From: Octopus bimaculoides
Lineage: Eukaryota
Reading direction: 5' to 3'
NCBI RefSeq assembly: GCF_001194135.2
Contig: NC_068987.1
Coordinates: 90,377,470-90,441,268 of the forward strand
DNA length: 63,799 nucleotides
Every line of letters begins with the position of its first letter. Within the stretch, counting starts at the first letter, position 1. A model generated the notes under the pieces. It searched no databases, was not told where the DNA came from, and saw nothing but the letters and a program-made list of their open reading frames with translations. The position numbers and the translations under genes were made by a program. Positions 50,611 through 63,799 of the stretch are shown piece after piece.

Positions 50611-51898
50611 GTCCCAGAAAGATTTACCCATTGATATTTCTTAGATATTCAAAGTAATCTTAAGATAAGATAATGAAATTTGGCACACTTTTTAATGTAA
50701 ATCGTCAATCCATTGCAGTAATTATACTTCAAAATGACCACCTTTCGTCTTAATCATAGCCTGCAAAAGAGTGGTTACTGAGTTGCTTGGCCACTGTACC
50801 ACCTCTTCATCCAACTTGACCTATGAAGACGGAAGGGCTTTCTTCAAATCTGACACATTTGAATGGGAGTGGGCAGAAACACTACTCTCTAAGATGGACC
50901 AAGTAGTGAAGTCCATGGGAATGATGTCTGGACTTGAGGGAGGTCATATCATCTTGTCCCCAAAACAGCTGAAATGCTCTTTGAACCACCTCTGTGTCAA
51001 ATCAAATGTGTGGTTTGGAGCCCCGTCTTAAGTGAAGATATATCACTCACCAAAGGTTGCTGTGGTCCAGGGTAACACTTTCTCATCCAACATTTCCACA
51101 TAAACTTCACTGTTGACCTTGACGCCAGCATTGATGACGATCAAAGGAGACTTGGATCCATTAGATGCAACTGCAGCCCACACCATGAGTAAAGCTGGCT
51201 TCTTATGGTGCAAAAGACTCCTGCTACCTTCAGGCAAGACTCCTGCATTATGTGCATAAAGCCTAAAGCCTGTCATTCTGGTAACTGCTTCTGCTGGTAA
51301 CTGCTTCCAGTGAAGATCTTCCCATTGGACCAGATCAACACTAGTTCGTGGCATGCTTTATCTCAGCAAACATGGTTTTACCCCTATTGAACTGTTTATT
51401 CTTGGAAGTGGCTGAAATTAACTGCCAGGATTGTTTCTTGTGTACAGTTAGCTTTAAATACTCTTTAAAATTCCTGGGCGTTGATGATTTCAAAATACCA
51501 AGAGTTTTTGCAGTTTTTCTTGCACTGATTTTAGTTCATTCACTTCTTCATGGCTTCAACTGTTTGTTTGCGACGAATTAATCGTTTTCTTCCAGGAATT
51601 GGCTTGCTACAGGTAGTAGCAGACTCCATATACCATTTCCAGGTATTGAACACTGTTTTACGGCATGCATTCGTTTTGTCATGTCCTTGTTGCTCATTCC
51701 AGCTGTTTTCAAAAAGACAATCTGGTCACGTTTTGTTTTCAATGCCATATTTGTTTACAAACCTGTTATAGACAAATGAAACAATAGACACACAGACAAA
51801 AGACGTATGCAAATATTTATTTAAAATGTAATATTACCGGAATCAAATATTCTTCAGGAAGAGTTTTAAACATGAGTAAATCTTTCTGAGACACCCTG
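50611..51898 (-). mobile_element. Tc1/mariner DD37D (maT/mori-like) transposon, decayed
   Basis: TA-CAGGGTGTCTCAGAAAGATTTACTC terminus with truncated match gtcccagaaagatttaccca at 50611; minus-strand translation MALKTKRDQIV...VLIWSNGKIF...KKPALLMVWAAVASNGSKSPLIVINAGVKVNSEVYVEMLDEKVLPW; family call from recalled motifs. Confidence 0.8.
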
Positions 51899-51919
51899 TA
51901 TACACTCACATATAAATAT

Positions 51920-52435
51920 TTTTACACACACACACACACATACACTGACACATATATACAAACACCACACACTCTCACACACATACATACACGTATGTCA
52001 GCATGTGTGTGTGTATATATGTGAGTGTGTGTGCATGCATCTATGCATTTATATATGTATACATGCATGAATATATGTATGCATGTATGTGTGTGTATAT
52101 GTATGTACGTTTGTATGTATGTTTGTGTGTATGTATGTGTGTATGCATGTATGAACGTATGCATGTATGTGTGTATATATGTGAGTGTGTATGTATGTAT
52201 CTATGCATTTATATATGTATATATGCATGAATGTATGTATGCATGCATGTATGTATGTGTGTATGTATGTACGTATGTATGTATATATGCGTGTATGTAT
52301 ATATGCACGTATGTATGTATGTATGTATCTTTGTATGTACATATGTATGTATGCATGCATGTATGTTTGTATGTATGTATGTATGTATGCATGTATGTAT
52401 GTATGCGTATATGTATGTATGCGTGTATGTATGTT
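51920..52435. repeat. Degenerate (TG/TA/TGTA)n tract with a ~160-bp internal duplication
   Basis: gtatatatgtgagtgtgt...atctatgcatttatatatgtat occurs at ~52015 and ~52175. Confidence 0.9.
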
Positions 52436-53807
52436 GTACCTGACCCTGAGATATGATATTTGTAGTTGTTAGAAGAGAGTAACAAACAACTAACCGAATC
52501 AATACGGTGCCAGGCTTCCAGCCAAAAGGTCAATAAATCACCAATACTGCAATATGTCTATTGTCAAGACTATTGAATATTTGCTAGGTCAGTTCAGCTT
52601 ACCATAAATAGGTACTATGCAGAAGTACAAAATGACTGTTATGAGTCAAGCAGACTCTCGGTGGCATCGCTGGGGTTGCGAAAAGTGGTTAGGGTTCGTA
52701 GCAGACCCAGTGGTGGAGCAGCTAGCTGCCTGGGGGCAGTGTTTAAGTCTTCTCCTGCACCCCCCCCCTATGGGGCATCTAGCTTAAAGAGGGGTTATAT
52801 TGCAGATCCACAAGTGTCTAATCCCACCCCACCCCACCCTCCGTTTAAGTGTTGCTTGGAGTGGACATCTGCTACCTTGTTCTCCAGAAGTGAGGGGATG
52901 GGGGAAGGAGAGAGGGAGAGAGAGAAGAGACAGAGAGATGGGAGTCAGAGAGAGAAGGAGAGTGAGGAGAGAGAAAGAGTGTGTATGACAGAAGGTGAGA
53001 GAAAGCGAGAGAGAGGGAGGGAGAGGGGAGAAAGAGAGAGAGAGGTGAGAGATAAGTGCATGAGAAAGCTTGAAGGTGTGTGAGGAAGGGAGGGAGGGAG
53101 GAATCATAGGTCTCTGGTCGTAGGCTACTGAGCAGACATTTCATCAAAGGTGTTCCAGCCATGACCTCCACATCGTATCTTTAGACATAGAGTCCAGTGG
53201 ATTACATTAATTACTGTGGCCTTTTTTAATTAAATGGTGGCAGTTATTGATTTGAGGGACATTTAGGACAACATTACCAAACGTGTTCCTTCTTTTTAAA
53301 GACGATAAGATGTCCCTTGAAGTAAATTTGGCTATTACTAATAGCAGGTCAAGCATCCATACAGAAATTCCCTAAAGTACATTTTAGGGTTTTTTTAATT
53401 TCAGGAGAACCCTGATTGAGCAAATCCCTGTTCAATACATTCCTGCATTGATTTTATTCCCATGTGAACTCCCAATCACTTTATCCAATGGGTAACTTTT
53501 TTGAGACATTAGGGGTGAGTTGGAGGCCATTTGGCTGCTATTTCTTGCAGGTTGTGTTACCACAGAGAGGATCTTTCCTTGGATCAGCCAAAATACAGTG
53601 TTCCATATGAGTATTTTGTAGTTTACATCACAGTTCTAATGTTCTTGTGGCTACTACAAGGAGAAACAGTAGCAACTCAAGTGTAACTTCATCCAAGAGA
53701 TTCTGAATTCAATGAAATCACCAAGAGTGGAATCTTCTTAAAGATCTTCAGTTTTAGGAAATAACTGCTTGTGTCATTCTATAGCTGGACTACTGGCTTG
53801 GGTCACG

Positions 53808-53809
<2 letters not shown>

Positions 53810-53879
<70 letters not shown>

Positions 53880-54425
53880 ACTCTCTTTCTCTCCTCATTC
53901 TTTTCTCTCTCCTCCTACTTTTTTCTCTCTTTCCTTTCTCTCTCTCACCTCCTCTCTCTCCCCTTCTCTTTCTCTCCCCTCTCCTCTCTCTCTTTCTCTC
54001 TCCCCTCTCTTTCTCTCTCCCCTCTCTCCTCTCTCCTTTCTCTCTCCCCTCTCCTCTCTCTCTTCTCCCTCCTTTCTCTCTCTCCCCTCTCCTTTCTCTC
54101 CCCTCTCCTTTCTCTCCTCCTTTCTTTCTCCCCTCTCACTCCATCACACACACACACTCTCTCTCTCTCCTCATTCTTTTCTCTCTGCTCTCTCTCCTCC
54201 TACTTTTTTCTCTCTTTTCTTTCTCTCTCCTCTCTCCCCTCTCTCTCTTTCTTTCTCCCCTCTCCTCTCCCTCTCCTTTCTCTCCCCTCTCCTTTCTCTC
54301 CTCCTTTCTCTCTCTTCTCCCACTCCATCACACACACACACCCTCACTCCTCTCTTCCCCTCTCACTTTCCTCCACCTCTCTTTCCTCTTTCCCTCTCTC
54401 ACTCCCATCTCCTTCACACACACAC
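53810..54425. repeat. ~600-bp (CA)n/(CT)n-derived polypyrimidine tract with higher-order repeats
   Basis: tctcctcattcttttctct...cctcctacttttttctctct and cactccatcacacacacac each occur twice. Confidence 0.9.
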
Positions 54426-57400
54426 AAACAAGCCCTCATATATCTCACCAAGATCTCATTGTTCCACACACCATTCCCATCCAAATAGTCGGCTACTGTC
54501 TTAATAAACAGTGATTAGTCTCTAATCACACTTCTACATGATAAATTAGAGAAAGAGAGAGAGAGAGAAAGATACAATGCTGTAGGTGTGCAGGTGGTAT
54601 ATATATGCGTGGGTGGGGAGCTTAGTCTTTCAGGTGATTTGTCATCATAAACGTAGGTGAAACTATTCGAAGGAGACATACTACAAAGGAGGTACAACCA
54701 GAAATCAACTAAAATAATAGTTGTAATCACAAGTATAAGGCTGCCTTTTATGTTGTTGCTTGACCTCTTAGAAATAGTAGCGAAATCTCGTTCAATTCTT
54801 AATATACTGTTTTAAATATCCAATGGTACATCTAGCAAAGTAGTCTCTGTCATAACCAAATAAAAATAAAGAATGGAATATCTTCAGGTACAGACCTGTT
54901 CTATGTAGTCACCAATCTGCTAGATATAGCAACCATATCTTCCTCAAATGACACACTATTATCTTAACATGTAAAACAGAGTTTGTGTGTGTGTGAGTCT
55001 CTGTGTGTGTGTGAGTCTGTGTGTGTGTGTGTGTGTGTGTTCTTTATGGATTCGAAAAGTGAGTTGCCAATTTTGATGTATGCAGTATCAAATGATTCAG
55101 TAGTCTTTTGGCAACCAAATAACGTATATTTTTTACACAACTCTTTTTTACGACAAAACTAACCTTGAAAACAAGGTTGGGTTGCACAATTTTGAGGTCT
55201 TTAGCTAAGGGAGGCAACTCTGCTGGACACAATACTCGATTTAACAACAAATGTAAACACACACACACACACACACATTAGGTGCAAGAATGACTGTGTG
55301 GCTGAGAAATTTGCTTCCCAACCACATGGTTCCATGTTCAGTCCAATACATGTTTATGAAGAAGAGTTGTTTGCTTCATTCTCCTCATATGCCGATTCTG
55401 CCCATAAAAAAGGAACAAATGATATAATGTGGCTGAAGGTCATAACACCCAGGCAATTGCTAGTCTTAAATAAAAATGAACATAATGAACGAGAAACGCA
55501 ATTTGATCAGTTAGAATATCTTTGAACATGAGACTGCTTGATCCCAGTTGACCTAAGACTAAGCAACACCAACATTGTTATATGTATGTAATTGTATAAA
55601 AATTACTGCTGATTGAAACAATATCGTTTTTATAAAACAACAACAATCATAATAAGACCAGGCAAATAGGAAGCAAAGTACGTAAGCCCTGAAAATTCGT
55701 TTGATTAAATACAAGTTTTTGCGTCATCATTATCATCATCATCATCATCTTCATCCTTTAACATGCATTTTCCATGCTGGCATGAGTTGGATGGGTTGAA
55801 AGGAGCTGGCAAAATCACCCCCGAGCCTTTATTTATAGAAATTGCTTTTTCATTCAGTTTAATGTCGGAACAGTGTTTACCTATTTAGATTCAATGTTAT
55901 CTTTTCTACTCTAGGCACAAGGGCCAAAATTTTGGGGGGAGGAGACTAGTCAATTAGATTGACACCAGCACACAACTGGTACTTAATTTATCGACCCCAA
56001 AAGATGAAAGGTAAAGCTGACCTCAGTAGAATTTGAACTTTAGTTCCAATGTTATAGCTACATAATTTAGTATTTTTAAATTCCTATTTCATTGCAATTT
56101 AACAGTTGAACTGCATTGATCTCCTAGTAGTCTTTTCCAAAGCTTATCCATATCACATTTCTTTTATTCACACACCATCCAGTGAACCAAACCCTGTGCT
56201 ATTCTTCCTTAAGTATACTTGAAATGAAAAGGTCAAAGAGATACAATATTTCCAGACCATCATAATGAGTTCCTCTCTATACTTCATAGTCTTGGAGGAA
56301 TTATCATCCAATAGCGATCATTTCTAGCATTCATTAGAATCTAAAAACTAGACTCAGTTATCTTTTATCCTTTGCTTATTTAAGTCGTTTGGTGGTGGGC
56401 ATGCTGGGGCACCACCTTGAAGGGCTTAATTCAACAAATCAACCCCAATACCGATTTTTAAATCAGGTACTTAACCTATCGGTCTCTTTGCCAAACCACT
56501 AAGTCATGGGGATGTAAACAAACCAACACCAATTGTTAAGCAGTAGGTGAGACAAATACACACATGATGGGCTTCCACACAGTTTCCTTATTTCTTTATT
56601 GCCTACAAGGGGCTAAATATAGAGGGGACAAACAAGGACAGACAAAGGGATTAAGTCGATTACATCAACTTCAGTGCGTAACTGGTACTTTATTTATCGA
56701 CCCTGAAAAGCTGAAAGGCAAAGTCGACCTCAGAAGAATTTGAACTCAGAACATAACTGAAGACGAAATACCGCTAAGTATTTCGCTCGGCTTCCACACA
56801 GCTTCTATCTATCAATTTCACTCTTAGGGCATTTATCTGCCAGGGGCTACAGTAGAAGACATTGCCTAAGGTGCCATGCAGTGGGGCTGAACCTGAAACC
56901 ATGTGGTCACAAAACAAGTTCCTTAACCACACAGCCATACTGACATCTGTTTTACCAAATTGTAGAACTTGCAGGAGAATACAAGGACCAATGATAAAAG
57001 CCATAATAGCAAATTGAATAAACCTGCAAGTGGGTTTACTGGTAATTCTATAAAATCTCTTGATAATGGCGCTGCTTCAGTTCCATTGCATTAAGTTTGT
57101 GACTCATAAAATTCTTGAGTTTACGAAATCTTGTAAGTACTTGGTAACTACGATCAGTCCACTTTTCATGGGACTTTTCAGCATTGATTGAGAATTATTG
57201 GTGGAATTATCTGTGATTCTTTTGATTTAAGAGTGACTTGTATTGATTGAAGTGTTCAATATGGTCATCTGGTTTGAACAAATCTTCTCTCCTTACGCAT
57301 GTTTATATTTATACATGCATGTATGTATATGTGCATGTGTGGTGTGCATTATATGTACATATGTGTATGTATATGTGTGTATGCATGCATGCATGTGTGC

Positions 57401-57708
57401 ACGTGTGTATGCACAAACACACACATACATGTATATGTATACGTATACACATATCTGTGACTTCATCATTTAACATCCGCTTTTCCATGCTGATATGTGT
57501 CAGACAGAATTTGTTGAGGAAGATTTTTTACAACCGTCTGCTCTTTTCTGTTGGCGACCCTCACCTGCTCCCAGGCCAGACATGTTTTCATGGAAGACTG
57601 GAAATGTATAGTCTTGCTTGTATAACAATGATACTCATTATTCAATTAACATTACCTCACAACCTACCTAACTACCTAAATACAAATATATGTATATATA
57701 TGCGTGCA

Positions 57709-57759
<51 letters not shown>

Positions 57760-58714
57760 NNNNNNNNNNNNNNNNNNNNNNNNNNNNNNNNNNNNNNNNN
57801 NNNNNNNNNNNNNNNNNNNNNNNNNNNNNNNNNNNNNNNNNNNNNNNNNNNNNNNNNNNNNNNNNNNNNNNNNNNNNNNNNNNNNNNNNNNNNNNNNNNN
57901 NNNNNNNNNNNNNNNNNNNNNNNNNNNNNNNNNNNNNNNNNNNNNNNNNNNNNNNNNNNNNNNNNNNNNNNNNNNNNNNNNNNNNNNNNNNNNNNNNNNN
58001 NNNNNNNNNNNNNNNNNNNNNNNNNNNNNNNNNNNNNNNNNNNNNNNNNNNNNNNNNNNNNNNNNNNNNNNNNNNNNNNNNNNNNNNNNNNNNNNNNNNN
58101 NNNNNNNNNNNNNNNNNNNNNNNNNNNNNNNNNNNNNNNNNNNNNNNNNNNNNNNNNNNNNNNNNNNNNNNNNNNNNNNNNNNNNNNNNNNNNNNNNNNN
58201 NNNNNNNNNNNNNNNNNNNNNNNNNNNNNNNNNNNNNNNNNNNNNNNNNNNNNNNNNNNNNNNNNNNNNNNNNNNNNNNNNNNNNNNNNNNNNNNNNNNN
58301 NNNNNNNNNNNNNNNNNNNNNNNNNNNNNNNNNNNNNNNNNNNNNNNNNNNNNNNNNNNNNNNNNNNNNNNNNNNNNNNNNNNNNNNNNNNNNNNNNNNN
58401 NNNNNNNNNNNNNNNNNNNNNNNNNNNNNNNNNNNNNNNNNNNNNNNNNNNNNNNNNNNNNNNNNNNNNNNNNNNNNNNNNNNNNNNNNNNNNNNNNNNN
58501 NNNNNNNNNNNNNNNNNNNNNNNNNNNNNNNNNNNNNNNNNNNNNNNNNNNNNNNNNNNNNNNNNNNNNNNNNNNNNNNNNNNNNNNNNNNNNNNNNNNN
58601 NNNNNNNNNNNNNNNNNNNNNNNNNNNNNNNNNNNNNNNNNNNNNNNNNNNNNNNNNNNNNNNNNNNNNNNNNNNNNNNNNNNNNNNNNNNNNNNNNNNN
58701 NNNNNNNNNNNNNN

Positions 58715-58745
<31 letters not shown>

Positions 58746-59034
58746 CACACACACACACACACACATATATACATGCACACATGATAGCTGCAACTCAAGC
58801 TTCAAGCAATGTCATTCTGTGATTGTTCTCTTAAAGCATCACAGATGTCACCTTGTTAAGGACCTGCACATTTTTGCACGGAAGGGGCAATGAAGGACAC
58901 TTCTTGCAAAGAGTTTATGACCCACCCACCCTGACACATGCCTATATTCCATCTTGGAATTTTTCATTGAATGTCCTAACTTTCTCACTTATGACCAGTC
59001 ATAGTTTGTAACACGTAAATAGGTTTATAAATCA

Positions 59035-59387
59035 TGGCACTCCGTCTGTTATGACAACGATGGTTCCAATTGATCTGAAATTAATGTGTAAGTGGTTGAG
59101 TACTCCACAGACATGTGTACCCTTAATGTAGCTCTCAGGGATATTCAACGTGACACAGTGTGACAAGGCTGGCCCTTTGAAATACAGGTACAACAGAAAC
59201 AGGAAGAAAGAGTGAGAGAAAGTTGTGGTGAAAAAGTACAGCAGGGTTCACCACCATCCCCTGCCAGAGCCTCGTGGAGCTTTAGGTGTTTTCACTCAAT
59301 AAACACTCACAACGCTCAGTCTGGGAATCAAAACCGCGATCCTATGACCGCGAGTCTGCTGCCCTAATCACTGGGCCGTTGTGCCTC
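59035..59387 (-). mobile_element. Full-length SINE family C
   Basis: Reverse complement of 9026-9405 with a small internal deletion. Confidence 0.85.
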
Positions 59388-60009
59388 CACATTTTATAAA
59401 TAGAGATATTAAAAATCAAGTAATCCCTGGACCTGAAGCTTTCTAAAGTGAGGAAAGCCTTTGCACAAGGCCAATTACAGTCTCTGAACAACATATTCAT
59501 TTGTTCAAAAAGTAGAACTAGTCTACATCATTGGATGCAAATAATGGCACAAGTGTTACATCAGGGTTTTCCTTCTCCAAGAGAAATGGTCTAAACAAAG
59601 GTTTGGGGTTTCTTACTCCAAGCTGTTGGATAACTTTTGATTCTTCTGAACTCATCTGTCCTTTGATAGGTTTGGGTTTTCATCCTGTAGGGTGTCCAGC
59701 AAAACCCACCCTCCTTATCAACCAAATGTGATAGGGTTGCCAGTTTAGCCACCGACAGTTCAACCACACAAGTTCTACTACTTTACATGTCACTAATAGC
59801 ATTAAGACTGACAGACACATACACATATATGTACATACATACATCAATCCATCCATCCATACACACATACATACATACATACACATCCATATATATACGT
59901 GCACACGTCTTACATATCACCCATTTATCTATCTGTCTATCTATCTATCTATCTATCTACCTATCTATTTATCTATCTATCTATCAATATGGTTATTTAT
60001 CTGTCTATA

Positions 60010-60049
<40 letters not shown>

Positions 60050-60721
60050 CATGTGTATCTGAAACAAAATGGATTCTTGTTGGATTTTTTTCATAAAGCA
60101 TACCTACCTATCTACCTACCTACCTACCTACCTACCTACCTACCTATCTATCCATCCATCTTTCTATCAATCTATCCACCAGCAGTTAGCTTGTCAATCT
60201 ACCTATCTATCTGACTATCATTCTATCTTTAATATACAAGCACACACACATATAGTCACACATATAGACACACACACAGGCACAAACACACACACGCATG
60301 TAAGCATTTAAGCTATCCGTACATATCAACCTATCCACATAAATATTTCATTTCCTACTAATGTACATTAGAGTATGTCTTTCATAAAAGACCTCTTCCT
60401 GCAGCAATTTCAGGTTTCCTATAAATATCAATGCTGATACTCATATAAATATTGTGATATTGAACACGTACGTGCACTGTTGCAAAGATGCAGCCAATAT
60501 GATTATGTGGATTTGCATTAAAAATATTACTTTCCCTCCTAAATTTATATTTTGTATTTCAATGAGATATCTTCTTCATTTTTAGAATAATAACTCATTG
60601 CTATGACTAACATTTATTATTGGCAGTAGAGAGACGTGGCTGTGTGGGAAGAAGTTGGCTTTCCAACCACCTAGATTTGGGTTCAGTTTTGCACGGTGAC
60701 ATCTTGGGACAAGCGTCTTCA

Positions 60722-61030
60722 TGTCTTCAGTGGTTTAGAGCATTGGTCTTGCAGTCATGAGGCTGTGTGTTCGATTCCCAGATCAGGCTGTGTGTTGTGT
60801 TCTTGAGAAAGACACTTTATTTCATGTTGCAGCAGTTCACTCAGCAGTAGAAATGAGTCGCGACGTCACTGGTGCCAAGCTGTATCGGCCTTTGCCTTTC
60901 TCTTGGATAACACTGGTGGCATGGAGAGGGGAGGCCGGTATGCATGGGCGACTACTGGTGTTCCATAAACAACCTTGCCTGGACTTGTGCCTTGGAGGGG
61001 AACTTTCTTGATGCAATCCTATGGTCACTC
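60722..61030 (+). mobile_element. Fourth tRNA-derived SINE family, following a family A head
   Basis: cagtggtttagagcattgg...gttcgattccc (A/B box); preceded by family A head (60630-60720); family A-like sequence resumes at ~61040. Confidence 0.6.
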
Positions 61031-61129
61031 AACCCCAAGATGACCAAAGCCTTGTGAGTCAATTTGATATACAGAAACTGATAAACGCCCAGCATATATA
61101 TATATACACACACACAAACACACACATAA

Positions 61130-61167
<38 letters not shown>

Positions 61168-61979
61168 TCTTTTATTCTTTTACTTATTTCAGTCATTTGA
61201 CTGCAGCCATGCTGGAGCACCGTCTTTAGTCAAAGAAATCGACCCCAGGACTTTGCAAGCCTAGTACTTATTCTATCAGTCTCTTTTTGCCAAACTGCTA
61301 AGTTATGGGGACGTAAACACACCAATATCGATTGTCAAGCAATGCTGGAGGGAGAAACACAGATACACAAACTTATATATGTGTTTGTGNNNNNNNNNNN
61401 NNNNNNNNNNNNNNNNNNNNNNNNNNNNNNNNNNNNNNNNNNNNNNNNNNNNNNNNNNNNNNNNNNNNNNNNNNNNNNNNNNNNNNNNNNNNNNNNNNNN
61501 NNNNNNNNNNNNNNNNNNNNNNNNNNNNNNNNNNNNNNNNNNNNNNNNNNNNNNNNNNNNNNNNNNNNNNNNNNNNNNNNNNNNNNNNNNNNNNNNNNNN
61601 NNNNNNNNNNNNNNNNNNNNNNNNNNNNNNNNNNNNNNNNNNNNNNNNNNNNNNNNNNNNNNNNNNNNNNNNNNNNNNNNNNNNNNNNNNNNNNNNNNNN
61701 NNNNNNNNNNNNNNNNNNNNNNNNNNNNNATATATATATATATATATATATATATACTTATGGTTGTGCATACAAGGTACGCAAAAAACACATACGTGAA
61801 CTCACATACACAAACACATTCCTACACACACATATTCAAATATGCATACATACATATATGTCTATACATACAAACCCTCAATTATCTAACAAGGTACACC
61901 ACCGTTTTGACTGGTATAACTCTTTTATGTTCCCCAGAATAGATAATCTAGTGCAAAATGTGAATAAAAATATACTTAG

Positions 61980-62160
61980 GCGTAGGGAGTGGCTGTGGGG
62001 TAAGAGGGTAGCGTCCCAATTACATGGTTCCAGGTTGAGCCCTGCTCTGTGGCACCTTGCACAAGTGTCTTCTGATATAGCCACAGGCCAGCAAAAGTTT
62101 TGCCAGTGGATTTGGTTGATGGAAACTAGAAGAATCCCATCAATGGGGGGTATGTATGTA

Positions 62161-62191
<31 letters not shown>

Positions 62192-62390
62192 TCTGTGTGT
62201 GTGTGTTTGTGTTTGTGTTTGTCCTCAGCACTGCTCGACAACCAGCGTTGGTTTGTTTACATCGCCCAAAGAGAACCCCAGTATAAGCAGCAAGCTTAAA
62301 AAGAAACATAGGGTTGATTCATTCAGCTAAAAATTCTTCAAGGCACTGCCCCAGCATGGCCACAGTCATGTATAAAATAAAAGATAAAAT
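61980..62390 (+). mobile_element. SINE family A, full length
   Basis: aggcgtagggagtggctgtggggtaag head to aaataaaagataaaa tail. Confidence 0.8.
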
Positions 62391-63059
62391 ATCATAGATA
62401 TTTTTGGAGCATAATATGTAAAATTCATTACAATTTTTCAATTATTAATTCATGCATTGGCACTTACTAAACTTGGTGAGTGCCAATGCATGGAACTCTC
62501 AGCTGTTGAGTCAATCTCTAACTTCTGTTGCTTAGTAACAACAAAAAGTACACAGACTGTTGTTTTGGGTTTTCTTTTTCTTTCCTGCCACCAAATCTAG
62601 AATTCATTACACAGAGTGCTACGACTGCAAGTCAACAGACATGGCTTATAGTAAAATGATATACGATAATATAGAAGCACTGGAGTGGCTGTATGGTAAG
62701 AAGCTTGCCTACCAACCACATGGTTTGAGGTTCAGTCCCACTGCATGGCACCTTGGGCAAGTGTCTTCTACTATAGCCTCGAGACAACCAAAGCCTTGAT
62801 AGTGGACTAGTAGTGTTCCTTCAGCTGGATGCTCTTCCTAAAAACAGGTTTCTTTCAGTTTCTGTCTACAAAATCCATTCACAAGGCTTTAGTCAGCCCA
62901 AGTCTACAGTAGGGGACACTTGCTCAAGGTGCCACTCAGTTGGACCGAACCTGGAACCATGTGGTTTGGAAGCAAGCTTCTTACTACACAGCTACGCTTT
63001 GTATTTGGAGCATACTGTATAGAAGTTATTATACCAGGAGTTGTAGACTTCCAAATCCA

Positions 63060-63660
63060 CAATCAACACACATAATCATATAAGTATATGGATTAGGCTT
63101 ATCTTATGGTTGGATCCTAGTTTCACCAGAAATATCACAAGAAACATGTTGAATTTAGCTTATAAGTATATTGGCATTTGTTGGAAAAGTAGCAGAGAGT
63201 TATAGGAAGAAATTCACGACATGGAAAAGCTATCAATTTATGAAAATGTTCTCAGCTATCTTCGTGTCATGGGATATTGGAAGATACACAGTCATCTGAT
63301 GACAAAAAGCTCCTAATTCATATCATGGTTGATGAGAAGCTACGACAATCGTCTCATACCTTTGCGTAGATTTCAGCACAGAGAAAATGGCTCAGAATCA
63401 AATTGAAAACAGAATCAAATTTAAATTCAAATCGAGATGGGAATTTTTCGGTTGTTGATTTGTGATTCTACATGTTTGACTCTTTTGCATGGCATCAGGA
63501 GCAAATATGTCTTTCACCATTGTGTCGAGTTAACTTAAAATGTTGCAAATGAAATTTTGTAGGAAGAAAAAGTGAAAAAAAAAGACTGTTTGGATTCATG
63601 TATTGCGTCACACTGACTCAACCTGAGAATTTTGGAAGAATTTTGGAATGGTACACATGC
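63060..63660 (+). pseudogene. Highly decayed mariner transposase remnant
   Basis: SREL*EE...LSYLRVMGY and IMVDEK / YDNR resemble mariner HTH and VTGDEKW..YDN segments; many disruptions; no TIR identified. Confidence 0.35.
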
Positions 63661-63799
63661 TAGTGGAATATTCAGCTACTTATGTGTTAATTCAATGAGT
63701 GAGCTGTTCCATTAGGATGAACAGCTGGAGCACTTACGGTCAAAACCAACACAAATCCCATGTGTGTGTGTATAAAGATACATATATATATGCATATAT

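Noticed and set aside
52003-52533. Cluster of MYVC/HTYI-rich ORFs
   Set aside because: Simple-repeat translation
53769-54514. 239-aa and 247-aa Ser/Leu/Pro-rich ORFs
   Set aside because: Translation of a CT-rich repeat
1-63799. CRISPR arrays, rRNA genes, prokaryotic operons
   Set aside because: No regularly spaced repeat-spacer arrays or rRNA-like sequence; eukaryotic repeat-rich DNA

Overview
AT-rich, repeat-dense eukaryotic genomic DNA with six assembly gaps. The SINE, RTE and mariner repertoire resembles what I recall of octopus (coleoid cephalopod) genomes; this is inference, not checked. No intact protein-coding gene can be supported. Most ORFs in the track come from microsatellites, N-gaps or decayed transposons. 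The window holds many tRNA-derived SINEs (at least four families), RTE LINE fragments, an L1/Tx1-type ORF1, Tc1/mariner relics (one DD37D/maT-type, two rearranged mariners built from right ends), hAT and piggyBac-type MITEs and a Helentron-like element. A CpG-retaining segment (~41.7-47.4 kb) contains a TATA/CCAAT promoter candidate and a probable non-coding first exon of a minus-strand gene, so the left two-thirds may be intron. The most interesting signal is a set of short, non-coding, asymmetric fold-back elements with variable-length target-site duplications and minimal Penelope-type hammerhead ribozyme motifs. One has the ribozyme in the loop of a ~150-bp hairpin (1439-1863). One is a head-to-head pair of tRNA-headed units with the ribozyme in its body, inserted into an RTE with a perfect 16-bp TSD (36978-37390). 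A ribozyme-less derivative lies at 16.6 kb, with possible relics at 14.8 and 26.4 kb.
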